A stretch of DNA of 63,215 bases, the filler included. It is 4 parts of 4 records of this genome, joined end to end, with 100 filler letters (N's around TTAATTAATTAA, not from the genome) between each part and the next. Parts side by side here need not be neighbours in the genome. Positions count along the whole stretch, not along the records: positions 1 to 23,939 come from SRR20825006_880; 3 more parts are not named here. The stretch is one strand, 5' to 3'. The notes under the pieces were generated by a model, which saw only the letters and a list, made by a program, of their open reading frames with translations, was not told the origin of the DNA and did not search any database. How positions within the stretch are numbered: the first letter of the stretch is position 1; every line of letters begins with the position of its first letter. The position numbers were made by a program, and so were the translations under genes. Of the stretch, positions 10,065 to 19,434 are shown piece after piece.

Positions 10065-10280
10065 TTGATGACCCACAACACTGTTTTTGACGCCCATCAT
10101 CGCCACCACGATCCGATGAAAAACCACCGCCTTGTGCAGTTTGCAAAACTGGATCGCACTGCCCGCAGACATCCGATGTGGGATCAGCTCAGCCGCGCGG
10201 ACCGGCCAGACACGCGGAGCGCGCACACTGCGTCGCGTGTGGTTCACTTCCTGCGCGTGGCGCGTGGACACCGGGCCTAA
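10065..10280 (+). CDS. Small hypothetical protein
   Basis: 71-aa ORF preceded by a strong RBS (AGAGGAGG about 10053-10060); no recognisable family. Confidence 0.4.
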   Translation: MMTHNTVFDAHHRHHDPMKNHRLVQFAKLDRTARRHPMWDQLSRADRPDTRSAHTASRVVHFLRVARGHRA

Positions 10281-10318
10281 AGCGACGGTTGAGCGCGCTC
10301 AAAACCGCGCCAAAAAGC

Positions 10319-10367
10319 TCTGCAAAAGGCATTTGCAAAATCGGTTCAATTGATCGGTTTTGCAAAT
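10319..10367. promoter_or_regulatory. TTTGCAAA boxes / inverted repeat upstream of the CoA transferase (ScfR/PccR-like operator candidate)
   Basis: TTTGCAAA at 10332-10339 and 10359-10366 within a near-perfect inverted repeat; TCTGCAAA at 10319-10326. Confidence 0.55.
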
Positions 10368-10546
10368 AAATTATCATATATCTGTGCGAATGTGCATAGC
10401 GGGGTTGCATCACAAGAATGTGCTGGACCCTCCTTCCATCGAAGGCGTAGATGCGAGAAACATCGGGCGCTGATGGAGGGAGGGGACCCCATTTGCCGTG
10501 ATACTCCCACATCACGCCCGGAATCCGTGTAAAATGGAGACCGGCC

Positions 10547-12061
10547 TTGACCCAGCCCTCGCGCATCGCGCCACAATCGCTTCACTCCAAAATCATGAGC
10601 GCCGAAGACGCCGCAAGCCTTGTTCACAATGGCGCGGCGGTGGGCATGAGCGGATTTACCGGCTCGGGGTATCCCAAAGCCGTGCCGCTCGCTCTGGCCG
10701 CGCGCATTGAGGCCGAGCATAGCGCAGGCCATCCGTTTCGGATCAAAATCTGGTCTGGCGCATCGACGGGACCGGAGCTTGACGGTGCTTTGGCCAAGGC
10801 AGATGGCATTGATTTCCGCCTGCCCTACAACTCCGATCCCATCGCGCGGCAAAAAATCAACGCGGGTGAGATGAACTATGTCGACATGCATCTGTCGCAA
10901 GTCGCGCCGATGGCATGGCAGGGCTTTTTGGGCCCGCTCGACACCGCAATCATCGAGGTGTCCGGCATCACACCCGAAGGCGATTTGATCCCCTCCTCCT
11001 CCATTGGCAACAACAAAACATGGCTGGAACGTGCCGACAAAATCATCCTTGAGGTCAACAGTTGGCAAAGCGAAATGCTCAACGGGATGCATGACATTTA
11101 CTACGGCACAGCCTTGCCGCCGAACCGCGTGCCGATCCCGTTGAACAAGCCCGACGATCGCATCGGTCAGCCGCATTTCAAGGTCGATCCCTCCAAAATC
11201 GTCGCCATTGTCGAAACCGACGCCCCCGACCGCAACGCGCCGTTTTCCGCCCCCGGCGACACCGCCGAAGCGATTGCCGATCACATCCTTGAATTCCTGA
11301 TGTGGGAGGCCAAACGCGCGGGCCTGCCGCCCAGCCTGTTGCCATTGCAATCGGGCGTCGGCAACGTGCCCAACGCGGTGATGGCCGGATTGATCAAAGC
11401 GCCGTTTGAACAAATGACCGCCTTCACCGAGGTGATACAGGACGGCATGCTTGATATGATCGAGGCGGGCACCTTGCGCGTCGCCTCCGCCACCGCCTTT
11501 TCGCTTTCACCCGAAAAGGCCGAGTATTTCAACACCCACGCCAAGCTGTTCCGCGACAAATTGATTCTGCGGCCGCAAGAAATTTCGAACCACCCCGAAC
11601 TGGTGCGCCGCCTTGGCTGTATCGCGATGAACGGGCTGATCGAGGCGGATATTTACGGCAATGTGAACTCGACCCATGTCATGGGGTCGCGCATTCAAAA
11701 CGGCATCGGTGGCTCGGGCGATTTTGCCCGCAACGGCTATTTGTCGATTTTCATGACACCTTCGACCGCCAAAAACGGTGCCATTTCCGCGATTGTACCG
11801 ATGGCGAGCCATGTCGATCACATCAACCAAGACGTGCAGGTGATTGTCACCGAACAAGGCTTGGCCGATTTGCGCGGTTTGGACCCGAAAAAGAAGGCCG
11901 CTTTGATCATCGAAAACTGCGCCCATCCGATGTATCGCGACGCGCTGCGGGAGTATTTCGAGCGGGCGAAAAAAAGCTCCTTTGGCGGCCATACGCCGCA
12001 TGATCTGCGCGAGGCTCTAAGTTGGCATCAAAGGTTTATTGACACTGGCTCAATGCTGTAA
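10547..12061 (+). CDS. Acetyl-CoA hydrolase / succinate (propionyl-)CoA transferase (ScpC/AarC family)
   Basis: MSGFTGSGYPKAVP, LQSGVGN, FTEVIQDG and NGIGGSGDF motifs; TTG start after GGAGA. Confidence 0.92.
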   Translation: MTQPSRIAPQSLHSKIMSAEDAASLVHNGAAVGMSGFTGSGYPKAVPLALAARIEAEHSAGHPFRIKIWSGASTGPELDGALAKADGIDFRLPYNSDPIARQKINAGEMNYVDMHLSQVAPMAWQGFLGPLDTAIIEVSGITPEGDLIPSSSIGNNKTWLERADKIILEVNSWQSEMLNGMHDIYYGTALPPNRVPIPLNKPDDRIGQPHFKVDPSKIVAIVETDAPDRNAPFSAPGDTAEAIADHILEFLMWEAKRAGLPPSLLPLQSGVGNVPNAVMAGLIKAPFEQMTAFTEVIQDGMLDMIEAGTLRVASATAFSLSPEKAEYFNTHAKLFRDKLILRPQEISNHPELVRRLGCIAMNGLIEADIYGNVNSTHVMGSRIQNGIGGSGDFARNGYLSIFMTPSTAKNGAISAIVPMASHVDHINQDVQVIVTEQGLADLRGLDPKKKAALIIENCAHPMYRDALREYFERAKKSSFGGHTPHDLREALSWHQRFIDTGSML

Positions 12062-12103
12062 TCCTCTGCCGTTCCGCTTGTCGCTCTGCTAAGGAGGCCC
12101 CTG

Positions 12104-13078
12104 ATGCACCAGATTGAAATGCCCGCCCAATTGGCGCAAAAGCTGGCCATGACGTTGCGCGATGCGCCGGATCTGCACCGGGCGATTGTCGCCTGTCTCG
12201 ACGGGGTGTCTGTGGCAGGCGTGTTTGTGGCGGAAGATCAGGCAGACAGGCTTTATGATCAGGTCCGCGCCGCTCTTGATCCAATTGAGGATGCCGCCCT
12301 CATTCAAAGGCTTGAGGCGCTGGACCCGGCGTTTTTAACCGCTGTGATCCGCTATGGGCTGGGCCATGCGCCGATCCCCCATGCGGCGGCCATTCGCGCC
12401 GATCTTGCGCGCGTGGCGGTGGCCCCGGTGATGCGCCCTGACCCCAATGGCACCGCATTCCTGCCGCTGCCTTCGGATCGCGTCGGGATGCCCGCCTTTT
12501 CCGACCGCGCCTTTGATGCGTGGTTCACCGGGCAACGCGCGCCCGATCTGCCCGCCGACCAACCGTTTTACGGCTATGGCCTCTATGGCGAACAGCGCAG
12601 TGTTTATATGGCCGATCAATACCGCGATGCCTCGGGTCCCGAACCACGCAGCCGTCATTTGGGCATCGACATTTTCGCGCCCGCTGGCACGATGATTTGC
12701 GCGCCTTTGCCCGGACGGGTGCATCGCCTGGCCTATAATGCCGATCCTTTGGATTACGGCCATACGGTGATTTTGGAACATAGGACGGCGGAGGACCTGC
12801 CGTTTTGGACCCTTTATGGGCACCTTGGCGTCCCCCTCCCCGGCCTCGCCGAAGGGGCAGAGATTACCATCGGTCAAGACCTTGCCCCGCTCGGGGACTG
12901 GCATGAGAACGGCGGCTGGGCACCGCATTTGCATGTTCAGATCATCACCAGCCTCTTGACCCAAACCGGCGGCAATTTCTTTGGCGTTGGCCATGATAGC
13001 CTTTGGTCCGTTTGGTCAGACATCAGCCCGGACCCCAACCTGATCCTGCGTCTGCCGGATGCTGTCTTTGGGCGATAA
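12104..13078 (+). CDS. M23 peptidase-domain protein with uncharacterised N-terminus
   Basis: HLGIDIF (HxxxD), TLYGHL and PHLH (HxH) motifs. Confidence 0.8.
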   Translation: MHQIEMPAQLAQKLAMTLRDAPDLHRAIVACLDGVSVAGVFVAEDQADRLYDQVRAALDPIEDAALIQRLEALDPAFLTAVIRYGLGHAPIPHAAAIRADLARVAVAPVMRPDPNGTAFLPLPSDRVGMPAFSDRAFDAWFTGQRAPDLPADQPFYGYGLYGEQRSVYMADQYRDASGPEPRSRHLGIDIFAPAGTMICAPLPGRVHRLAYNADPLDYGHTVILEHRTAEDLPFWTLYGHLGVPLPGLAEGAEITIGQDLAPLGDWHENGGWAPHLHVQIITSLLTQTGGNFFGVGHDSLWSVWSDISPDPNLILRLPDAVFGR

Positions 13079-13130
13079 TCCCTTCGGTGTGTGCCTGCCT
13101 CTGGGCACTGCGCCCCAGTTGGCGGGGGCT

Positions 13131-13823
13131 TTAGACCCGCATGCGGGCAAAGCTCATGGAAATATGGCCACGGCGGATATGGCCGACAGCATCCAGATCG
13201 CCGAGCTCCAGCGCCCCCAACAGGTCTTGGAGTTCGCGGGCGTAAATGTCGATTTCCTGCATCAAATCAATATGCGAACTGGTCACCTGTTGTAGCCAAA
13301 TGCGGGCAGTGCGAAAATACAGCCGTTCCGCCATTGTCCGCAGCGGGGCATTGGCGGTGAGGTCTAACAAGGTCAGAAACGTGTCTTGGTCCAAAAGCGA
13401 AAAGTCGCGTGCCGATGGGGCGGTTTTGAGGGCCTCGGAGCGGGTATACAAGGCCTGAAACCGTTGCAAAAACGCGGCATCGGGTTGAATCGGATCGAGC
13501 ACGGTTTGCAACAGCACCAATTCTTTGCGCAGGCGATAAACCTGTGACATCTCGCTATAATCGACATTGGTGACCATGGTGCCGACCCCATGAACCGAGG
13601 TCACGAGCCCCTCATCCTCAAGCCGCGCCAAAACGCGGCGGATGGGGGTGCGTGAAATGCCAAGTTCGGCGGCCAGCGCCGTTTCCGAAAGTTTCATGCC
13701 CGGCGGGTAGTCCAACATGCAGATGCGGCTGCGGATGTCCGCATGGATGCGCTCGGCACGTTCGCGGGCCCGCAACGGTTCGGGCATCATGTCCATCGGT
13801 TCAGTCTCTGTCGTGTCTGCCAT
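13131..13823 (-). CDS. GntR-family (FCD-type) transcriptional regulator
   Basis: wHTH LSETALAAELGISRTPIRRVL; overlaps the 3' end of argE. Confidence 0.88.
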   Translation of the reverse strand: MADTTETEPMDMMPEPLRARERAERIHADIRSRICMLDYPPGMKLSETALAAELGISRTPIRRVLARLEDEGLVTSVHGVGTMVTNVDYSEMSQVYRLRKELVLLQTVLDPIQPDAAFLQRFQALYTRSEALKTAPSARDFSLLDQDTFLTLLDLTANAPLRTMAERLYFRTARIWLQQVTSSHIDLMQEIDIYARELQDLLGALELGDLDAVGHIRRGHISMSFARMRV

Positions 13824-14973
13824 AGGTCTCCCCAAGTCGATCCAGCACTGCCATGGCTTGGCAAAGCTGATCGCGTTCAACATATTCGTCGGGCTTATGA
13901 GCTTGGTCAATGGAGCCGGGACCACAAATCACCGCACTCATGCCGATCTCTTGGAAAAGCCCGGCTTCGGTTCCAAACGGCACAACATCGGCGGTGTTGG
14001 CCCCGGTGAGGCGATACAAAAGATCGCGCGCGGCGTTCTCGTCCATGGGTGTGAGGCCCGCAACCTCACCAATCACCTCGGTGGTGATCTCCGCCTGCGG
14101 TGCGATCGCCTGCATATCCGGCAACAACACGTCGCCGACATATTGCGCCAGATCTCGCTGCACCAAATCATAATCCGCCAAAGAGGTCGGGCGCATTTCC
14201 CATTCTAACGTGGCTTTGCCCGCGATGACATTATGGGCATGACCACCCTTAAGGCCGCCGATGTTGATCGTCGTGTGCGGCGGGTCAAACCGCGATCCCG
14301 GCGGGCAGCGGTCGATCAAGGCCTGTCGTAAAACAAGCAGCCGGTTGATGTAGCGCACCGCATATTCGATTGCGTTGACGCCTTTCTCCGGGGCCGATCC
14401 ATGCCCCTCCGCGCCGGTAAAGGTCACGGTATACTCGCAACAGCCCTTGTGCCCTTCGATCACCCGCATCTGCGTCGGCTCACCAATCAGCGCCATCGCG
14501 GGCCGGATGTCGCGCGCCTTGAGCACATCGACAAGATCGCGCGCGCCGAGACAGCCGACCTCTTCGTCATGAGTAAAGGCGAAATGGATCGGGTGGTCGC
14601 ATGTCGCCGCTTTGAGCGTGTCGAGTTTGGTCAGACAGGTGGCGATGAACCCTTTCATGTCACAGGTGCCGCGGCCATAGAGCCTGCCGTCCCGCTCCAC
14701 CATTTTAAACGGATCGCTGCGCCACGGTTGATCCGCCACCGGCACCACATCGGTGTGCCCGGACAGGACCAACCCACCCGCACGCTCCGGCCCGAGCGTG
14801 GCAAACAGATTGGCCTTGGTGCCGCTCGGGTCTTTGAGCACCTCCACCCGCGCGCCCGCACGCTCCAACCTGTCCGCGATATAGTGGATCACGGACAGGT
14901 TGCTCTCGGAGGACACCGAGGGAAAGGCGATGAGATCGGCCAGCATGCTTTGGCAGCGGTCGAGATCGGACAT
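13801..14973 (-). CDS. argE: M20A acetylornithine deacetylase-like enzyme
   Basis: SGHTDVVP, GRGTCDMKGF, HDEEVGC and AHKPDEY motifs. Confidence 0.88.
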   Translation of the reverse strand: MSDLDRCQSMLADLIAFPSVSSESNLSVIHYIADRLERAGARVEVLKDPSGTKANLFATLGPERAGGLVLSGHTDVVPVADQPWRSDPFKMVERDGRLYGRGTCDMKGFIATCLTKLDTLKAATCDHPIHFAFTHDEEVGCLGARDLVDVLKARDIRPAMALIGEPTQMRVIEGHKGCCEYTVTFTGAEGHGSAPEKGVNAIEYAVRYINRLLVLRQALIDRCPPGSRFDPPHTTINIGGLKGGHAHNVIAGKATLEWEMRPTSLADYDLVQRDLAQYVGDVLLPDMQAIAPQAEITTEVIGEVAGLTPMDENAARDLLYRLTGANTADVVPFGTEAGLFQEIGMSAVICGPGSIDQAHKPDEYVERDQLCQAMAVLDRLGETYGRHDRD

Positions 14974-14975
14974 GA

Positions 14976-16160
14976 TCAGTCCTTCACAAACAGCTTGCGC
15001 GGCACGTTGCACAAAGGCTCCGCCGGCCCGTCATCGCGGATCAGGATCGTCTCCGTCGTCTCCATGCCCCAGCCGTCCATCCACAGCCCCGGCATGAAGT
15101 GAAAGGTCATGCCCGGCTCCAAAACCGTTTCATCAAAGGCGCGCAGGGAGACCGTGTGTTCGCCCCAATCCGGCGGATAGGACAGACCGACAGCATAGCC
15201 GCAGCGGTTCGGACGCTCGATCCCCACTTTGATCAGTTCCGCATCCAAAGCGCGGGCGATGTCACAGGCCCGGTTGCCGGGGCGCGCCACCTCGATCCCG
15301 GCGTTCAACCCTTCGGTTAGCGCCTCTGCCGCGTCGCTCATAAAACGGGGTGGTTTGCCGAAAAAGATCGTCCGACACAGCGGCGCGTGGTAGCGGCGAT
15401 AACAGCCGGATTGTTCGATAAACGTCGCCTCGCCCCGCTTCAGCGCCTCGCCATTCCATGTCAGATGCGGCGCAGAAGCATCCGCGCCCGAGGGCAAGAG
15501 CGGCACGATGGCCGGGTAGTCGCCCCAACTGTCGTTTTCGCCCTGCACCGACGTTTTGAACATCTCGCCGACAAGATCGTGTTTACGCATGCCCGGTTCG
15601 GCCAATTCAATCGCGCGCTCAATCACCAGTTCGGAAATGCGGGCGGCCCGGCGCATGAAATCCAATTCCTCAGAGGATTTGATCAGCCGATTCCAGTTTA
15701 CCAAACTGGAGGCATCTACCAGTTCGGCCTCCGGCAACCCCTGCGCCAAAACGGCAAAGGCGCGGGCGGTGAAGTAATAGGTCTCCATCTCGATCCCAAT
15801 GCGTTTGTCGCCATATCCCATGATCCGCAGATGCGAAGCGAGGTCTTCCATCGGATGGATGTCGGTGGCCTGAATATAGCGATCCGCGTAGTGGAGGATG
15901 TTCTCGTCTTCCATCCAGACGGTGCGTTTGGCGCCATTGGCATCTTGCATCCGTCCCCACCAGATCGGGTCGCCCTCGAGACTCAAAATCACGCCTTGAT
16001 GCACATAAAATGACCAGCCGTCATATCCGGTGAGCCAGTTTTGGTTCGACGGATTCGTGACGAAAAGAATGTCGATTCCAGACGCACTCATCGCCTCGCG
16101 TGTCAAATGGATGCGCCGTTCATACTCGGAACGGGAGAAAGGGGCATTCTCAATAGGCAT
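14976..16160 (-). CDS. eutD: Ectoine hydrolase (M24 pita-bread fold)
   Basis: FSRSEYERR, WLTGYDGWSFYVHQ, YHAPLCRT and GLSYPPDWGE motifs; lies within the ectoine cluster (also named doeA). Confidence 0.85.
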   Translation of the reverse strand: MPIENAPFSRSEYERRIHLTREAMSASGIDILFVTNPSNQNWLTGYDGWSFYVHQGVILSLEGDPIWWGRMQDANGAKRTVWMEDENILHYADRYIQATDIHPMEDLASHLRIMGYGDKRIGIEMETYYFTARAFAVLAQGLPEAELVDASSLVNWNRLIKSSEELDFMRRAARISELVIERAIELAEPGMRKHDLVGEMFKTSVQGENDSWGDYPAIVPLLPSGADASAPHLTWNGEALKRGEATFIEQSGCYRRYHAPLCRTIFFGKPPRFMSDAAEALTEGLNAGIEVARPGNRACDIARALDAELIKVGIERPNRCGYAVGLSYPPDWGEHTVSLRAFDETVLEPGMTFHFMPGLWMDGWGMETTETILIRDDGPAEPLCNVPRKLFVKD

Positions 16161-16253
16161 GTGCTTCTCGCTTATTGTGCACATCTTGTGCGATTCTATA
16201 GGACGTTTCCGCATGTAAAGCCGAAAAATAAGGATGTTTTTGGGCCGTTTTCC

Positions 16254-16291
16254 TTGACACTCAGGCGATTCGCCTAATGTTGTATACATCA
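16254..16291 (+). promoter_or_regulatory. Promoter with TGTATACA palindrome between eutD and ehuB
   Basis: TTGACA at 16254-16259; TGTATACA at 16281-16288 (GntR-like operator core). Confidence 0.45.
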
Positions 16292-16341
16292 GTTGAGGGA
16301 AGCCCTGTTTCCTCGTCAATGAAAATAATCGGGAGTGACTT

Positions 16342-17184
16342 ATGAAACCTATCCTTAAAACCGTCGCCGCTGCGGGTCTCACGCTGGGCGTAAGCGCGAC
16401 CGCCCTCATGGCCGGGACGTTGAGTGACCGGATCGCAAACGGTGATCCGATCCGTATCGGCTTTGCCAACGAAGTGCCTTGGGCCTATCCGGGTGAAGAC
16501 GGCGCTGCCGAAGGGTTTGTGAATGCCTATGTCATCGGCGTGCTCGAAACGATGGGCTATGACAACATTGAGCCGGTCGTCACCGAATGGGGCGGCCTCA
16601 TCCCTGGCCTCAACGCGGGCCGTTTCGACATTGTGACCGGCGGGATGTATATCCTTGGTTCGCGCTGCGAAAACATGACGTTCTCCGAGCCGATGGCCAA
16701 AGTGGGCGATGCCTTCATCGTGCCCGCGGGCAATCCCAAAGACCTCAACAACTACGAGCAGCTTGCCGAAAAAGACGCGATTTTCGTGACTGGCGCGGGC
16801 TACAACCAAATCGAAGCGGCGGAGCGCGGTGGCGTTGATGACGACAAGGTCATGACTGTACCCGGCCCGACCGAAATTCTCGCCGCTGTGCGCGCCGGAC
16901 GTGCCGATGCCGGTGGGGTGACCTATTTCACCGCGCTCAATTTGGCCGAACAATCCGGCGGCGATGTCGAAGTCTCCGACGTCAGTCAACTCCCCGACTG
17001 GACCCAAAACTGGGTCGGCATCGGCTTTCGGGATGAGGACGCGGATTTCGTCGAAAAATTCAACGCCGCCCAAGCCGAATACCTTGGCTCCGATGCGATG
17101 ATGGGGGCCGTGTCCGCCTATGGCTACTCCACAGGCAACCTGCCGGGGGAAATGAAAACCGCAGACGCCTGCGCCATGAAGTAA
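16342..17184 (+). CDS. ehuB: Ectoine/hydroxyectoine ABC transporter substrate-binding protein
   Basis: Signal peptide; IRIGFANEVPWAY and EWGGLIPGLNAGRFD motifs; operon context. Confidence 0.85.
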   Translation: MKPILKTVAAAGLTLGVSATALMAGTLSDRIANGDPIRIGFANEVPWAYPGEDGAAEGFVNAYVIGVLETMGYDNIEPVVTEWGGLIPGLNAGRFDIVTGGMYILGSRCENMTFSEPMAKVGDAFIVPAGNPKDLNNYEQLAEKDAIFVTGAGYNQIEAAERGGVDDDKVMTVPGPTEILAAVRAGRADAGGVTYFTALNLAEQSGGDVEVSDVSQLPDWTQNWVGIGFRDEDADFVEKFNAAQAEYLGSDAMMGAVSAYGYSTGNLPGEMKTADACAMK

Positions 17185-17222
17185 GTGATCGACGCTCTCT
17201 TTGATCCATCCAAGTGATTGAT

Positions 17223-17250
17223 GCGGGCCGGGACAACGGTTCCGGCCCGC
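17223..17250 (+). other. Intercistronic hairpin between ehuB and ehuC
   Basis: GCGGGCCGG / CCGGCCCGC stem without a U-tract; typical of mRNA-stabilising hairpins after binding-protein genes. Confidence 0.5.
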
Positions 17251-17272
17251 ACGTCATTTTCAGCCTCGGGAG

Positions 17273-17944
17273 ATGCCCTTGAGCCTCTGGGAATTTATCG
17301 CGACGTATTGGCCCGACTTCCTGAAAGGAACCGGGATCACCGCCGCCCAATTCATCCTTGCCACGATGCTCGCGATCGGGATCGCATTGGTGGCCGGATT
17401 GATGAAACTGTCCCACAATGCCGTGATCCGCGGCGTGTCGGTGACCTATATCGAAATTTTTCGTGGCACCTCGCTTTTGGTGCAACTTTACTGGATTTTC
17501 TTTGTGCTGCCGCTGTTCGGCGTGACGCTGGATAAGTTCACCGCGGGTTTTGTTGCCGTTGGGATGAACTTGGGCGCTTACGGCGCCGAGCTTGTGCGCG
17601 GCGGCATTCAATCCGTGCCAAAAGGGCAATGGGAAGCCGCCTATGCGCTCTCAATGAGCCCGGCCAAACGGATGTGGCGGATCATCTTGCCGCAGGCTCT
17701 GGTCAATATGTTGCCACCCTGGGGCAATCTTTTGATCGAGCTTCTCAAAAACACCGCCCTCGTGTCGCTGATTTCCGTCACCGACCTGATGTTCGTGGCC
17801 AAACAGATCAACGGATCGACCTTCCTCTCGGCTCAGGCCTTTGGTCTTGCGCTGATCGTTTATTACGTCTTCGCGCGGTTCATCGTCACACCCTTTATGC
17901 GGTGGCTCGAAGGTGTCATGCGCCGCAAGTTGGGGAGGGCCTAA
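17273..17944 (+). CDS. ehuC: Ectoine ABC transporter permease
   Basis: YIEIFRGTSLLVQL and EAA-loop RGGIQSVPKGQWEAA. Confidence 0.88.
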   Translation: MPLSLWEFIATYWPDFLKGTGITAAQFILATMLAIGIALVAGLMKLSHNAVIRGVSVTYIEIFRGTSLLVQLYWIFFVLPLFGVTLDKFTAGFVAVGMNLGAYGAELVRGGIQSVPKGQWEAAYALSMSPAKRMWRIILPQALVNMLPPWGNLLIELLKNTALVSLISVTDLMFVAKQINGSTFLSAQAFGLALIVYYVFARFIVTPFMRWLEGVMRRKLGRA

Positions 17945-17947
17945 GCC

Positions 17948-18619
17948 ATGGGATTTCATTGGAAATGGGATTTCACTTGGGAAATCCTGCCGCGTCTGCT
18001 TGAGGCAACGCTCAACACCCTGATCGCAGCGGGGGCGGGCTATGCCATCGCCATCGTGTTGGGGCTGGTCCTGGCACTGGCGCAGCGCACGCCGTACCGG
18101 GCACTGACCTTTGTGGTGCGCGAATTTGTGGAGTTCATCCGTTCGACACCGCTGATCCTTCAGATCTTTTTCGTGTTCTACGTTGGTCCGCAATTCGGAG
18201 TGCGGATGAGCCCGTGGACCTCTGGCATGATCGCCATCGGGTTGCATTATTCGGCCTATCTCTCCGAGGTCTATCGCGGTGGCTTGAACAGTGTGGGCAA
18301 AGGCCAATGGGAGGCCTGTACAGCGCTCAACATGAGCACGCGCCAGGCCTATATCCGGATCATCATTCCGCAGGCTGTGCCGCCCGCTTTGGCGGGTATG
18401 GGCAACTATCTTGTGGGGATTTTCAAGGACACGCCAATGCTCTCGGTGATCGGCGTTGCGGAACTGATGCACACCGCCAATGCGATCGGATCTGAAAGTT
18501 ATCGCTTCCTCGAACCCTACACCCTCGTCGGCGTGATTTTCCTCGCCATTTCCCTTCCTGCCGCCGGTTTCATCCGTGTGTTTGAAACCTATGTGCGCCG
18601 CAAACTTGGACTGAAATAA
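17948..18619 (+). CDS. ehuD: Ectoine ABC transporter permease
   Basis: WDFTWEILP, EFIRSTPL and GLHYSAYLSEVYR motifs. Confidence 0.88.
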   Translation: MGFHWKWDFTWEILPRLLEATLNTLIAAGAGYAIAIVLGLVLALAQRTPYRALTFVVREFVEFIRSTPLILQIFFVFYVGPQFGVRMSPWTSGMIAIGLHYSAYLSEVYRGGLNSVGKGQWEACTALNMSTRQAYIRIIIPQAVPPALAGMGNYLVGIFKDTPMLSVIGVAELMHTANAIGSESYRFLEPYTLVGVIFLAISLPAAGFIRVFETYVRRKLGLK

Positions 18620-19434
18620 TGGAAGATATGTCGCAATACCCGCTGGAACTGACCGGCGATGATATCCCGATGGTGCGGTTCATGAACGTCACCAAACGCT
18701 ACGGCAAACTGACCGTTTTGGATCGGCTTAACCTTGATGTGGCAACGGGCGAAATGGTGACCGTGATCGGTCCGTCTGGCTCGGGCAAGACCACTGTGTT
18801 GCGAATGCTGATGACGCTTGAGACCATCAATGAAGGTGTGATCTATGTCGATGGCAAACCGCTGACCCATATGGAGAAAAACGGCACACTCGTGCCCGCC
18901 TCCCCCAAGCACCTGCGGATGATGCGCAGCCGGATTGGCATGTGTTTTCAGCACTTCAATCTGTTCCCCCACATGACCGCCTTGGAAAATTGCATGGAAG
19001 GGCCGGTTCAGGTTCTGGGCATGTCCAAAGCCGAGGCGCGCAAGCGCTCTGAGGACCTGTTGGAACTTGTCGGCATGATCGAAAAGAAGGATCAGCACCC
19101 CTCGCGTCTTTCGGGCGGGCAACAACAACGTGTTGCCATTGCCCGCGCTTTGGCGATGCGGCCCAAGGTGATGCTGTTTGACGAAGTCACATCCGCGCTT
19201 GACCCTGAGGTGATCGGTGAAGTGACCAATGTGATCCGCGATCTGGTGAACAAACACAACCTCACCATGTTGATGGTCACCCACCAAATGGGCTTTGCCA
19301 AAGACATCTCGGACCGCATTTGTTTCTTTTTCGATGGCTCCATTGAGGAACAAGGCGCGCCTGACGCGCTGTTTGGCAATCCGCAAAGGGAGCGGACGCA
19401 GCAATTCCTCAGCGCGGTCAAAGAGGCGGGCTGA
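18619..19434 (+). CDS. ehuA: Ectoine ABC transporter ATPase
   Basis: Walker A GPSGSGKT, signature LSGGQQQR, Walker B LFDEVTSALDPE. Confidence 0.9.
   Translation: MEDMSQYPLELTGDDIPMVRFMNVTKRYGKLTVLDRLNLDVATGEMVTVIGPSGSGKTTVLRMLMTLETINEGVIYVDGKPLTHMEKNGTLVPASPKHLRMMRSRIGMCFQHFNLFPHMTALENCMEGPVQVLGMSKAEARKRSEDLLELVGMIEKKDQHPSRLSGGQQQRVAIARALAMRPKVMLFDEVTSALDPEVIGEVTNVIRDLVNKHNLTMLMVTHQMGFAKDISDRICFFFDGSIEEQGAPDALFGNPQRERTQQFLSAVKEAG

Noticed and set aside
14976..16469. Long N-terminal extensions in the ORF track (eutD from 16469; also rpsD 35466, fabF 25123, TfoX 30438, mrpE 61281)
   Set aside because: They overlap neighbouring genes or promoters; family-like N-termini and RBSs point to downstream starts
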